A model generated the notes under the pieces. The model searched no databases. It worked only from the letters and a program-made list of their open reading frames with translations, and had not been told where the DNA came from. The translations under genes were made by a program, and so were the position numbers. DNA of 64,000 bases from Oopsacas minuta (Eukaryota > Animalia > Porifera). The first letter of the stretch is position 1. Each line of letters opens with the position of its first letter. The stretch lies in NCBI GenBank assembly GCA_024704765.1, contig JAKMXF010000188.1, positions 62,001 to 126,000 on the forward strand, written 5' to 3'. Of this stretch, positions 52,838-61,630 are shown one piece after another.

Positions 52838-55800
52838 TCCGTTGTCAAGGAAAGGATTTAACAATTTTCAAAGCGATGTGATAGTGACTGGATATAACTG
52901 GAGTTGACTGTATGCCAATTATTTAATTATGATACATTTACACTTAAAATTATTTCATAATAACAGATTACAAGTGTTAAAACAATAAATATTATATCAT
53001 CACCAGTATAAGTAATTTGAATTGAAGTCCACACGATTAGTCCACCAGCAATAATATCGTGATGATACATACAATTAGTAAATTATTAATGAATATAAAG
53101 TGTTAAAATAACGTGATATGAAGGTCTGCTTTAAGATTGCAATTTAAGACACATTTTAATCATAAATCAACGTAAAATATGTTGTTCATAGGCTACTACA
53201 TAATGTAGGAGCAAGTTGTGTTGGAGAACTGTTTCTGTATGTTATCCTGTGTGAATTTGAGAAATGCGACATATTGTTCGTTTAGCTTCTCAGACAGAGC
53301 CTGGCCATACTGCTCCCTCAATTTCTCCTCGTTCTCATGTAGCAGTCGACTACAGATGGTCTCTACCTGTTTCAGAGTGAATAGTGGCTGGTCACGAGAT
53401 GAGGTTGCTGGAGGTGTGTGGCAATTAATGCTGGTGAGAGGGGGATTAGTTACGGATAGTGAGTGATGGGGGGTAGGGGCAACTAGAGGGGTACATGTGG
53501 GTAATTGATGCGATGTAGAAGGACCAAATGATAGTTGGTTTCTGTGTTTTAATCGTTTTACTTCGTCTTGTAAGTTGATACGTATAAATTCCTCGCTATC
53601 AATAGATTCAGTCTCTGGAAAGAGTTGCATATAGTCCGTGGTTTTTCTTGGACTCTCGCAAGTATCCAGCTCGTTCTGTCGGAAACGGAGGATCCTTCTT
53701 CTTCTCTTCTCAGCAGCACTTCTCCAGGGAGACAGTCCAGCTAAAGAGGAGCATCTTGAGCGTTTGTGGGAGGGAGAGCTGGAGTCTGTATCTCCGTAAA
53801 AAGACAAATCAATAGATCGTTTTATCGTAGCGCAGGCCATAATAGTAAAATCTAATCCTAACTAAAATGAAGAGAATTATCAAATCCGATAAAAAGCTAT
53901 ATTTATACTCGAGCAGATAGTAATTTGAGACAAATTACTTTAAGAGTTGTATGTTATCATGATGGAGAAGAGTTGAGCAATTGGAATAACTATACATTAA
54001 TGAAAGAGAAATTCAATAGACTTGAGCAATTATGACTATTTAATAATGGTAGAGGTTTCCTGTGAAAGCAAGTTGGGGGTAATAATATTCAGACGTATCT
54101 TGCATCATTGAAAGTACATGAAATTTAGTATACATACAAGTTATCTCTAAATATACAAGTATATACGTATTGCTAGATCATATTATAGACTATCAATACA
54201 CCTAACAGTAACTAATTCATGAATATTTATTTAATTAGCATAAGATTTTAGCGAATCCTGAAATCTAATGAGAAGATTGAAATTATTTGGGATCTACCAG
54301 TGGTTGGTGTATGGTGCTTTGCCAAAAAACGAAGTGGAGGGCGCTCCCTATTGAATTTAAACCATTTTAGACAAACTCGATGAAATCAGCCCCCCATAAA
54401 ACCACTGGGATCTAACGATTCTTTGCAGAGATACATACAATTTTATTTGAGGTACGTACTTGAGTAAATATATTGATTCTTTGGTTAATAGATAGTTGAG
54501 GTCGCAACATGCCGAGTTTGGGCCCGGACCGACGCATACCTACAACATGGTTTAGAATATTTTCTAAAATTGAATAAAGAATTGATAAACCAGTTCGTAG
54601 TACGGTCAGAAAATGTGATCGAATACAAATTTCAATGATGATTTAGCATTGAAATTTGTATTCGATCACATTAGATAGTGATTAATTAAATGACTCATCT
54701 ATTCAAATAACTACTTGTAATATTTCTGAATAATCTAGAAGTGTGGGGGATGCTTATGATTAACTTATCAGGTCTTATTTGCTCAGTCATTTTATGAGCG
54801 CATTATTTCACAATTTATTGATAAATTCATCTCAGTTCCACAAGACTCTGGCAGGACGTACTTGTGCAGCGTATTTTGTCATTACTTATATACATACAGT
54901 GGAACCGCGCTTATACGAACACCAACGGACGGTCAAAATTTGTTCGCGTTCGTATTTACCGGAGTAATATCAATTGGAAAACCATAGTAGGAACCTGACT
55001 TTGTGTAAATATTCGTTCATCTTATCCGGAAATTCGTATTAACGAGTTTCCACAGTAGTTGATTTATAATTATTCAATTTGCAGGAGACTCAATGTTTAA
55101 TTGTATAACGTGGTAGACGAAGCACTAGTTGCAAATTTAGTTTCACTGTTTCAGTAGCTACATGATTGAAAAAAATTACATTAGAATATTTAATACTACG
55201 TATTCCAATAATTATGATAGTCTTCCAACGGCGAAACTTGATTCGGGTAGTAGAGCTGGATAAAGCGATTTCCCAACCAAAAGTGATATAATATTATCGA
55301 ATTATCCTACACATTGTCTTAAGAAATGATAAAGAACGTTATCAATAGCATTAATGGTGAATATTACGAGAATATTCTACCACTGAATTTATAGACTTAT
55401 TGATACATACAGTAGACTCTCGGTATTACGCTACTGTACGCTTGGTGGAAACGATTCGGTTAATTAGTTTGTATTTATTTTAACTATAGTACTTACTATT
55501 CATTTATTGATGATAATAGCATTGTTAGGGATTGATATACAATGTTTATCGCTTATAAGAACATATCAAGTATAAGAACCACCCTCGGGAACACGGTTTA
55601 CATATCCTCTTGTATAATTGATACCTGTTATAGAACATATTTTGTTACTCCCAAGGGTGTTCTTAATTCTTACGAGCGATAAGCACTGTAATGTATATAG
55701 TACAAGTATTAGACATTAATATCATCAGAAACGGTGCTATACTACAGGGGCATTGTGCTGTCATGTAAGACGGGTATTAGACCCCTGCCTGTTGATTTGT

Positions 55801-57607
55801 CGTTCAGGTACCGTCAACAAGATCGGAACATTGCACATTGTTATTCCGTATTACATCAGCCGAACTATAATTGAGTTTATTAATAATAGGGCATATACTT
55901 CAATTTTGACTACTAACTGCATACGTATTAATATCCAGAATTAATTACATTATGTTTAGATATATCGGGTAATATACGAGTATTCCCGACAGAAGGAGGA
56001 GGATCTGGAGTTGTTGAAGGAAGATTATGTGTTTATGACAGAACTAGATTTGCAAAGAGGCACGAGTAAAGGCTGGTTCTATGGTACTTCATGGCAGAGA
56101 GGACTCACTGGATTATTTCCAGGGAATTATGTAGAAGTAGCACCTGAATCTGACTGCTGGGTGTTACACAGGTACAATACATAAATAGAATTACACAAAC
56201 TATAACTGTAATTAGAATAATTCCTAAGTGCAAGTATATACCACATTGATTAGCTTAGTTAAATTCTATATTATTCCAACTCAGAAAATTTGACACTATG
56301 AACCAGGTTGGATAAGATTTCATAACATCATATATTCTGCGAACACTTGCTGTGTTACAACTTCGAATTGGTGCTCCCATGAGTATACGAGGTAGGCGAT
56401 TAATATTAGTAATTACTACTGGAGGATACTAAATAATTGTATTCTACAATTTAAATGTCATAAATCATCGCCTACTGAAATATAGCTTATACTGTATTCC
56501 TAGTTAGCTATTCCACACACTAGTAAGTGAGGGAAGAGATTATTCTACTGATAAGAAATACGATAACATTATTATCGTAATAATACTTGTATAACCTCCA
56601 GGACTTGTTACTTATACAACAAGAATGAAGTAGTCCCTCAGTTCAGAAAGACCCTGAAGAAGAAACAAGCTCACGAGTATGAGGAAGCTCAGACCGCCTA
56701 TCAGTCAGATGACCTGCTAGCCAAGTCTCATGTCTACTCTAAAGTGAAGAGGGTAGATAAACCACACGTTAAGACTCAGCAATCTGTTCCCTCACCTGTC
56801 CCGAAGCCACAGGGACCAAACAGGATATTTATCTTCAGGCATGCGGAAAGAGTTGATGCTACCTTCGGACAGAATTGGATACGGTGTTCGTTTGACAAAG
56901 AAGGTAACTATGAAAGGAAGAACTTAAATATGCCTATTAGCTTGCCGAAGAGAGAAGGAGGCCCTGAGAAGTACAATAAAGATTCTCCAATTACCATGAT
57001 GGGACAGTTTCAATCTAGGATAACCGGGGAGGGAATGAGGGACGAAGGAGTTAGGATAACACATGCATTCTCCTCTCCATCTCTTAGATGTGTACAGACA
57101 GCACAACATATCCTGGAGGGAATAGGAGCAGAGAGAAGTGTAGGGATTAATGTGGAACCAGGACTGTTTGAGTGGATGGCATGGGCTAGAGGGAAGATAC
57201 CAGACTGGATGAAGCCAGAGGACTTGTTAATCAGCGGTCTGAATGTAGATAGAAGCTACAAGTATATTGAGCACCCGAATAACTTGTCACTGGAGGAGAG
57301 AGCAGATGACTATTATAGGAGGAGTTATGACGTCATCAGGAAGATAATACATTATATCCCTAGTAATACAGCTAGTGATGTTCTAATACTAGCTCATGCG
57401 GGGTCTCTTGACGCACTGAGTAGGATGCTAATCGGACAGCTACCTAGGAGTGCGCAGGAACTGACACAATACACACAGCAGGTACCGTATGCAGGATGCT
57501 GTATGCTGGAGGAGGCGGAGGGAGGATGGAAACTAACTCCGCCACCTTTCAACACACTGATACACGGACCTAATAAGAAGTTCGACTGGAGAGACATGAT
57601 GCTATGA
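33024..57607 (+). CDS. UBASH3: UBASH3/Sts-family protein (UBA, 2H phosphoesterase, SH3, histidine phosphatase); 7 exons, 636 aa
   Basis: Exons 33024-33109, 35692-35745, 36187-36373, 46410-46605, 46989-47158, 55960-56171 and 56602-57607. All introns are GT-AG, phases are 2,2,0,1,0,2 and total CDS is 1911 nt. The translation follows the UBASH3B domain order colinearly. Confidence 0.93.
33200..34400 (-). mobile_element. Decayed retroelement-like ORF, possibly Penelope-like, in UBASH3 intron 1
   Basis: C/A-rich interrupted reading frame; [24 protein letters not shown] resembles the (A)DKG motif that precedes Penelope-type RT; RT core not seen. Confidence 0.35.
34690..34975. mobile_element. Tigger/pogo-like MITE
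   Basis: TIRs CAGTATACCCTCGATTATCCG / CGGATAATCGAGGGTCTACTG followed by TA; second copy at 42563-42854. Confidence 0.75.
35100..35560. mobile_element. Helitron-like modular repeat copy
   Basis: Tandem modules AAATTTACATATGAGAAACTTGAAATGCGAAATTCG shared with about 2700-3000, 5780-5900 and 61300-61400. Confidence 0.55.
35692..35745 (+). CDS. UBASH3: UBASH3 exon 2 (54 nt, UBA end)
   Basis: (S)[17 protein letters not shown](W); TTTATAG acceptor and GTAGGT donor. Confidence 0.85.
35994..36160. mobile_element. Tigger/pogo-like MITE in UBASH3 intron 2
   Basis: TIRs CAGTGGAGTCTCC / GGAGACTCCACTG with TA on both sides. Confidence 0.8.
36187..36373 (+). CDS. UBASH3: UBASH3 exon 3 (2H phosphoesterase, first HxT)
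   Basis: [13 protein letters not shown]...[20 protein letters not shown]; GTAAGT donor. Confidence 0.92.
36941..38644 (-). CDS. SCAI: SCAI (suppressor of cancer cell invasion) homologue, single exon, nested in UBASH3 intron 3
   Basis: [55 protein letters not shown] and [12 protein letters not shown] match SCAI; ATG at 38644 has an in-frame TAA 18 nt upstream. Confidence 0.88.
   Translation of the reverse strand: MEAQSLSEDDLGEDTEEIEIEHTPDITKVIQPENTYSKEVVMKYDELCRISNDLFSRILQLPAYTADSTRWKSLFFQAFSQFDILWQYQQQQRQALDLRRYQIGEIGSRIAHLYMSYYIHTSQIKFLRESFSFYNAILKRDYFDWEVQTEVDVGNLMHKKLRSFSRAIQVSFFLENFSSVQDYLTRLSDIIQKTSSGKGESVPEEYAHVLSEFSSFLSYVCLPIEDDTLLEISPFQTLPAHTPARSDTITFSLGQAVLVGGNTKQSKLIDYTIDHYRMNSLLHRVTREDGIETMITHIHKISTISLIEVLSGISNTLSPHQALLLYISGESTAYSSSYSSIQQTGELHPSYTTNSILLPVHKNSSSIPLQQHDQLFMEDIYPFLRRPLFLLIDCPGFLSQTELSFPDRFHQPFICIMSPPHYPTTIENTMTRGGGLLTLFLSSPLSGLCLICSIQSISTKLAHTALELITQVEDIAFSTLSSLPNLPLSYKQLCTDDTLQYIVKRFLFFWTCIRLHLGFKKDCMPRCYPPIPTILFHSSYLNTELYELFSFLDISDMFMDLSHAIEL
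39760..40451 (-). pseudogene. Frameshifted beta-propeller-like (NHL-type) coding remnant
   Basis: Two overlapping ORFs in different frames; [16 protein letters not shown] and [13 protein letters not shown] resemble NHL blades. Confidence 0.4.
40783..41250 (+). mobile_element. Helentron/DINE-1-like repeat with (GTCC)n
   Basis: TTTTAGTGCAGCTCC...GTCCGTCCGTCCGTCC...GAAATCTAGCAGT matches 17085-17300. Confidence 0.55.
41461..42274 (-). pseudogene. Coiled-coil plus NHL-repeat (TRIM2/3-like C-terminus) pseudogene
   Basis: In-frame TAA at 41993-41995 inside the helical region, a frameshift near 41710, then the NHL blade [38 protein letters not shown]. Confidence 0.65.
42563..42854. mobile_element. 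Tigger/pogo-like MITE, second copy
   Basis: Same termini and internal sequence as 34690-34975. Confidence 0.7.
43094..43935. mobile_element. Long-TIR element (arms about 170 bp)
   Basis: 43094-~43265 is the near-exact reverse complement of ~43765-43935. Confidence 0.85.
44104..44801. mobile_element. TIR element (Tc1/pogo-like MITE)
   Basis: Perfect 25-bp TIR CAGTGAAACCTGCATAAACCGACAC; internal TTTGGACTAA repeats. Confidence 0.8.
45326..45541 (-). CDS. RPS28: 40S ribosomal protein S28 (eS28), single exon, nested in UBASH3 intron 3
   Basis: [25 protein letters not shown]...[30 protein letters not shown]; ATG at 45541. Confidence 0.97.
   Translation of the reverse strand: MQQASAPATTTKLAKVIKVIGRTGSQGQCTQVRVEFVTDTTRSIIRNVRGPVRVGDVLCLLESEREARRLR
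45657..46130. repeat. Diverged inverted repeat (arms about 150 bp)
   Basis: ~45660-45805 pairs with ~45972-46130 in reverse complement, with many mismatches. Confidence 0.7.
46410..46605 (+). CDS. UBASH3: UBASH3 exon 4
   Basis: CKDSLMAT...[28 protein letters not shown]; phase-0 acceptor TTTTAG continues exon 3 (FFT|CKDS, compare vertebrate FFM|CEDS). Confidence 0.88.
46989..47158 (+). CDS. UBASH3: UBASH3 exon 5 (second HxT)
   Basis: [16 protein letters not shown]...[16 protein letters not shown]. Confidence 0.92.
47675..48052 (-). CDS. TMEM234: Transmembrane protein 234, single exon, nested in UBASH3 intron 5
   Basis: [28 protein letters not shown] and SAVPLAN; four hydrophobic helices; 125 aa. 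Confidence 0.88.
   Translation of the reverse strand: MELLSIGLLSLVALLWGVTNPLLRSASSGLNNNKSTSITGQVGSDLWYLLTNISYWLVFGINQLGSLLFYWTLGRVSISSAVPLANAGTLVVTLLTEECIGTRINRLYSYVGVVFVGIGIYLCVL
48250..48696 (-). CDS. NANOS: Nanos, single exon, nested in UBASH3 intron 5
   Basis: Tandem CCHC finger FCVFCQKSK...[38 protein letters not shown]; N-terminal [12 protein letters not shown] resembles the NOT1-interacting motif. Confidence 0.95.
   Translation of the reverse strand: MSRQTNNYSPFNNYFGLADVITTVTVSTIQSTLNPLAAPFVPTELVLTDTDTDSDDSPILSSIQYSLCLQRQRAALKKDEYAKVRFCVFCQKSKRCVPIQKSHRLRDSIGRVECPYLRETVCTQCGATGDDAHTLKYCPVGQPTIYFT
49281..50003. mobile_element. Long-TIR element (arms about 170-210 bp)
   Basis: 49281-~49450 pairs with ~49795-50003; TA-flanked; a related fragment lies at about 30305-30360. 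Confidence 0.8.
50206..51927 (-). CDS. Amidohydrolase family 3 (YtcJ-like) metallohydrolase, single exon, 573 aa, nested in UBASH3 intron 5
   Basis: PGFIEAHQH (HxH), [41 protein letters not shown] and [18 protein letters not shown] fit the YtcJ-like pattern. Confidence 0.88.
   Translation of the reverse strand: MMAGELVRADKILFGGNIFTLEESYPSVEAVAVTGSKISALGKLSDVMQYVGESTEVIFLNNKSLFPGFIEAHQHAILRAVLSSKCIDIGAYHFKSADDIIHRISSEVNKAITITENSLVPVCCIFYGWDAELFPNLPKLSADYINSNFSALIPIIISTQSFHCSWVNHRVFELIDPEICKVKGDKYSGKTGDHFTGQIIDGNIKLIFNVLSLSEDEQRDALWSTWLDYSFRGFTTVTELAYIPNENTDRLIKQIAMREDCPIRIALYQGIMGEERDEEIHKLDSPNPDKLWIAGVKLWADGSPHTGTVATREPLLHTSLAEPLSFPPPPNYGVLKYETSLLRDKIEHYHRLGVQIAVHTQGERAIEQVLRIYETLTSGNSIDSRHRLEHLGLATEQQLTRCGKIGVALSLFVYHLYYYGRTLSEYILGRERTNRWAPLASAIKYNRYISIHQDSPAISGPPLPLINMQTAVTRCEKGKEHVFGQDQCISVHEAIKAYTIGPAWQLFMEEKIGSLRVGKFADFVILSENPYLKSPRDLEHIKIVETYCGGRCNKNSNVTVLNIHKFSILGHLK
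52560..52865 (+). mobile_element. Two Helitron-like elements joined head-to-tail, with (GT)n
   Basis: Hairpin-rich 3' end ...GCGAAGCGGCTCAGT runs directly into CTATATTATTAAAACTCGATT(GT)n. Confidence 0.6.
53196..53840 (-). CDS. AKIRIN: Akirin, single exon, nested in UBASH3 intron 5
   Basis: [17 protein letters not shown] and [28 protein letters not shown]...[14 protein letters not shown]. Confidence 0.95.
   Translation of the reverse strand: MACATIKRSIDLSFYGDTDSSSPSHKRSRCSSLAGLSPWRSAAEKRRRRILRFRQNELDTCESPRKTTDYMQLFPETESIDSEEFIRINLQDEVKRLKHRNQLSFGPSTSHQLPTCTPLVAPTPHHSLSVTNPPLTSINCHTPPATSSRDQPLFTLKQVETICSRLLHENEEKLREQYGQALSEKLNEQYVAFLKFTQDNIQKQFSNTTCSYIM
54298..54407. mobile_element. Small hAT-type MITE
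   Basis: TIRs CAGTGGTT / AACCACTG; flanks GGATCTAC / GGATCTAA (7/8 TSD). Confidence 0.6.
54897..55055. mobile_element. Tigger/pogo-like MITE
   Basis: TA-CAGTGGAACCGCGCTTATACG ... TAACGAGTTTCCACAG-TA. Confidence 0.6.
55960..56171 (+). CDS. UBASH3: UBASH3 exon 6 (SH3); absent from the ORF track
   Basis: [26 protein letters not shown]...[33 protein letters not shown]. Confidence 0.93.
56602..57607 (+). CDS. UBASH3: UBASH3 exon 7 (histidine phosphatase domain)
   Basis: [30 protein letters not shown] and [10 protein letters not shown]; the frame is open from the phase-2 acceptor at 56601. Confidence 0.95.
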
Positions 57608-57804
57608 GTCTGTGTTTTATTCCTTTATATATGTAAATAAACTGAATTGGATTCTTTGTAAATTTAGAATGCATTGAGTGTTATGTGTGTTATCGTTTGT
57701 TTTATTTTGAATTAAATCATTGAAATTTTTACTCATCGCATTCGAGATATTTTGTGTATAATAATTACCTGCAAAATTGACCTAAATAGTTAGATTTTCA
57801 TATT

Positions 57805-60786
57805 TCATTTCTTCTTCTCTTCCAATTCTTTCTGATACACAGCCATGAGTTGTTCCTGTATCATTATCGGGAGAAAGTCATATCTTAAGAACTCCATACT
57901 GTACTCTCCTTTCCCTTGTGTCATACTCCGTAGAGTAGTAGAGTATCCAAACATTTCCTTGAGTGGTACCTCACATTCTAATATGAAGTATCCTTCTGTA
58001 GAGTCAGTGCCTGTTATCGTCCCTCTCTTCTTAGTTATAGTATTTTGTATCTCTCCTTGGAACTCTACGGGAGCTGATATCTCTACTGTCATGATAGGTT
58101 CAAGTATTCTTGGTACTGCTATCTCTCTCATTGAATTCTGCACAGCTGTTCTAGACGCTATACGGAAAGCTAACTCGCTAGAGTCCACTAAGTGAGCCTT
58201 CCCATCATCTAGCATCATTTTAATACCGGATATCTTCTGTCCGATGTACACACCCTGTTTTACCGCATCCATGAATCCCTTCTCGATAGCAGGAATGAAC
58301 TCCCGAGGTATGTTGTTACCAATTGTCCTGTCATCAAATATTACCTTTTGGTTGTCTTCTCCTAGGAGGGGTATCAGTCTCCCCTTTACAGAGGCGTACT
58401 GTCCAGCACCACCTGTCTGCTTCTTGTGTATATGACTGAATTCTATAGAGTCACTGATAGTCTCACGATATGCTACTTGTGGATTCTGCTTGTTAACGTG
58501 ACAATCAAACTCATTACGTAATCTCTGCACATATATATCTAGATGTAGCTCCCCCATGCCGGATATTATTGTTTCTCTACTCTCCTCGTTGTATTCCACT
58601 CGGAAGGTGGGGTCCTCCAGCTGGAACCTCCACAGACCTCTCGATAGCTTCTTGCTCTCACTTTCAAACTTTAACTTCAATGCCTAGTTTGATACAGTCT
58701 AACTATACAGAGACTCCGTTTAATAGGGTCAGAATTTAATACTGAGCCATTATACAAATCTATAGTCGCATACTTGCCAATTCTTTCGGACATATGTTGA
58801 CCGGCCCAAACTTGCAAAAACTTTAAGGTGGCTGAACACGAAACCAGGATTATGATATCAGTCCAGACTGGTCCATCGGTTTGGGTCGGTCCGGTCCATG
58901 AAATTGCTTGACCGCTGCACCATTGGGTGGGAACAAATGGGCTATAAGAACATAATTCTAGAAACAATTGGCATATTCCCCTATATAATTCATGCTGGTT
59001 ATAAGAATATCTGTGTATGCTGCCCTCAATTGATGTTCTTGTAAGCATAATAAAGGGTTCTCAACCTGCAGATAACTTCAAAATAAATCGTGAGATTTGT
59101 GAAATTTCACAATTAGGATTTAGTATCAATTTCAATGAAAAGACCAAGGATTTAGTAGGCAGTGTGAACCTGAAATCTTGAGAGTTGAGAGCGTTGATAA
59201 TAGAATCATAATATGTTCCTAAAACCGTATATATCTCCAATATATATTTGATAATTGCTACTAAGCAGAGTATACATACCTGTGATATAACTGGCTCAGG
59301 AACATGTATAGACTCCATACTGTAGGGAGGAGACTCTTCAGAAACAAAGGTATCACCAGATCTACACTCTACTCCAAACATAGCGCATATAGCCCCTGAC
59401 TCAGCTGTTTGTATGTCTTGCATCTTGTCAGCATGCATCAGCACACTACGTGGCACGCGTATACGTTTCTTGCTACGCGTATTGAGTAACCACATTCCTT
59501 TCTTCAATGTACCCTGATACACGCGAAGATAAGTTAGCTGTCCGTAACGTCCCATCTCTATTTTAAATGCTAGACCTACAAAACTCTTACTGGGGTCTGT
59601 TTCCATTTTATACTTCTGTACCTTCCCATTGTCATCCTCTAGTCGTGCCCAGTTATCCACCTCTCTAGGGTTAGGCATATAGTCCAGTACACAGTCTAAT
59701 AGAGGTTGTATGCCTTTGTTCTTCAGAGCAGAGCCCAAGACTACTGGCACGAACTTACGGCTAATAGTAGCCCGACGTATTGAGCTCTTTAGCAGTTCCT
59801 GACTAGGATACTTCTCCTCCAAGAACAGTTCTCCAATCTACAATTACAAGTTAGAGAGACACAATACACCCCGTTAATAGTAAATATTCAATCCCATTTA
59901 TTTATTTCCATATGAGAAGCACTAGGTATTCGTATAACTAGTCTGTACACTACTTAGTTAAAAGTACTAATATACTCAAAACTATAACATTCAATGAATA
60001 TAAATATACGTAGTATATTTTTGTTTACGCAATTAATAGAGACAAGTACGTTGATTGTAATTGCTATTGGATAGATACATAGAGTCATAGTTGCGTATTG
60101 AGAACCTAGCAGCACTAACTGCCACAAAGATATTTGTAGCAGCAACGAAGCTTGCTGTTACAAATAGATGCTACAACAACACATTACGATATGAAGAGGT
60201 GACGACCGATCGTGCTTCAATAATTAAGCACTGAGATGTCGAAGCGTAGCTCTAAATTCTTTGGAGTATACTATAGACAGCACAGAAAAATCACTTGTAA
60301 AAATATAATCAGCTAAATAACCTGTTCATCCACATTAGCTAGAGCCTCAAGCAGCTCTAAGTATCTAGCCTCACATATATCCTGTAGGTCATAAGGTATA
60401 GACTCTTCTCGTACTACTTCTCCATAGGCTCCATCAAAGTAGTAAGCTTTCATACTGATGACGTCAGCTATTCCTGTGAAATTCTGCTCAAGACCTATAG
60501 GTACATGCAGAGCAGCAGCATTATGTCCTAACTTAGCCTTCATCTGCTTGATAACTCTGTCAGGATCTGCTCCTGTTCTATCTAGCTTGTTGATAAAGGC
60601 TAAGTGTGGTATCTGGTATCTTCTCATCTGTCTGTCTACAGTGTGAGTCTGACTCTGTACGCCTCCCACTCCACATAAGACGAGCACTGCACTGTCTAGC
60701 ACACGTAGTGCTCGCTCTACTTCTATTGTGAAGTCTACGTGACCAGGAGTGTCTATCAGATTCAGACAATGGTCTTTCCATTCAAC
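57805..60786 (-). CDS. GFM1: Mitochondrial elongation factor G1, 3' part; exons 60786-60322, 59837-59280, 58683-57805; 5' exon(s) outside the window
   Basis: [70 protein letters not shown] and GKGEYSMEF; phase-0 GT-AG joins; the G1 box is not found before 64000. Confidence 0.95.
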
Positions 60787-61099
60787 CTATTTAAAATACA
60801 TATTATATAATCTTAATAATTGAGAACACATTGAATACATACAGTGGTTATCTTGTATAAGAACAGCCTTGAGATTGAGAACAATATTGGATTAGATTAG
60901 AGAGATTGCTTACATTATATCTATTTAAAGAGTAAAGAAGTAATGTTTGGAAAGCCAATCTTTCACTTTACGCCTTGTCTTAGCCAATTGTAATATTTAT
61001 GTACTAGCTGTCGCCTATTTGTGGTATACTAATTATGATCTGGGAGGGACATTTGATTTCATGAGAAGAAATATGATAAATTCGTTTCCATACACTATA

Positions 61100-61630
61100 A
61101 TATATACGAGCCTTTGGCTCGTCGCATTGCGCCTCGAGGTATTCAAAGGACAAACAAACAGGGCTTACTTTATGTACCTAAAAGTAAACAAATATTTCAC
61201 AATATGTTGTTTACAATACCGTATTCGGACTCAACATACTCGAATGCCCCAGGATAGTCGTTGAAAGTATGATTCTACCTCAATTTTGAAATTTGTTTAC
61301 TTTATATTCATAAAACAACAATAAATGTGCAAGTGAGAAACTTGAAACGCGAAATTCGGATTCGTCGAACTGTGTCATCCCTGTATAGCCGTTTAGAGCA
61401 CGCCTGTATGTGTATTTTGAGATTTGGACAGTTTTCACCGTGTCCACCATGTTTCACCATGTTCTATTAATCATATGTAAATTTATTGTTTACTTTAGGT
61501 ACATAACGTAAACAAATTTCAAAATTGAGTTAGAATCTTGTTTTCAACGACTATCCTTGGGTATTCGAGTATGCTGAGTCCAAATATGTTATTGTAAACA
61601 ACATATTCTGAATATTCGTTTACTTTTAGG
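61100..61630 (-). mobile_element. Helitron-like modular repeat in a GFM1 intron
   Basis: Inverted copy of the ~5850-6175 modules, including the CGAGCC-TTT-GGCTCG hairpin. Confidence 0.6.

Noticed and set aside
36167-57607. ORFs 36167-36388, 46425-46628, 46961-47176 and 56744-57607 as independent genes
   Set aside because: They are exons of one UBASH3 gene with matching splice phases; the ORF-track starts are intronic or internal.
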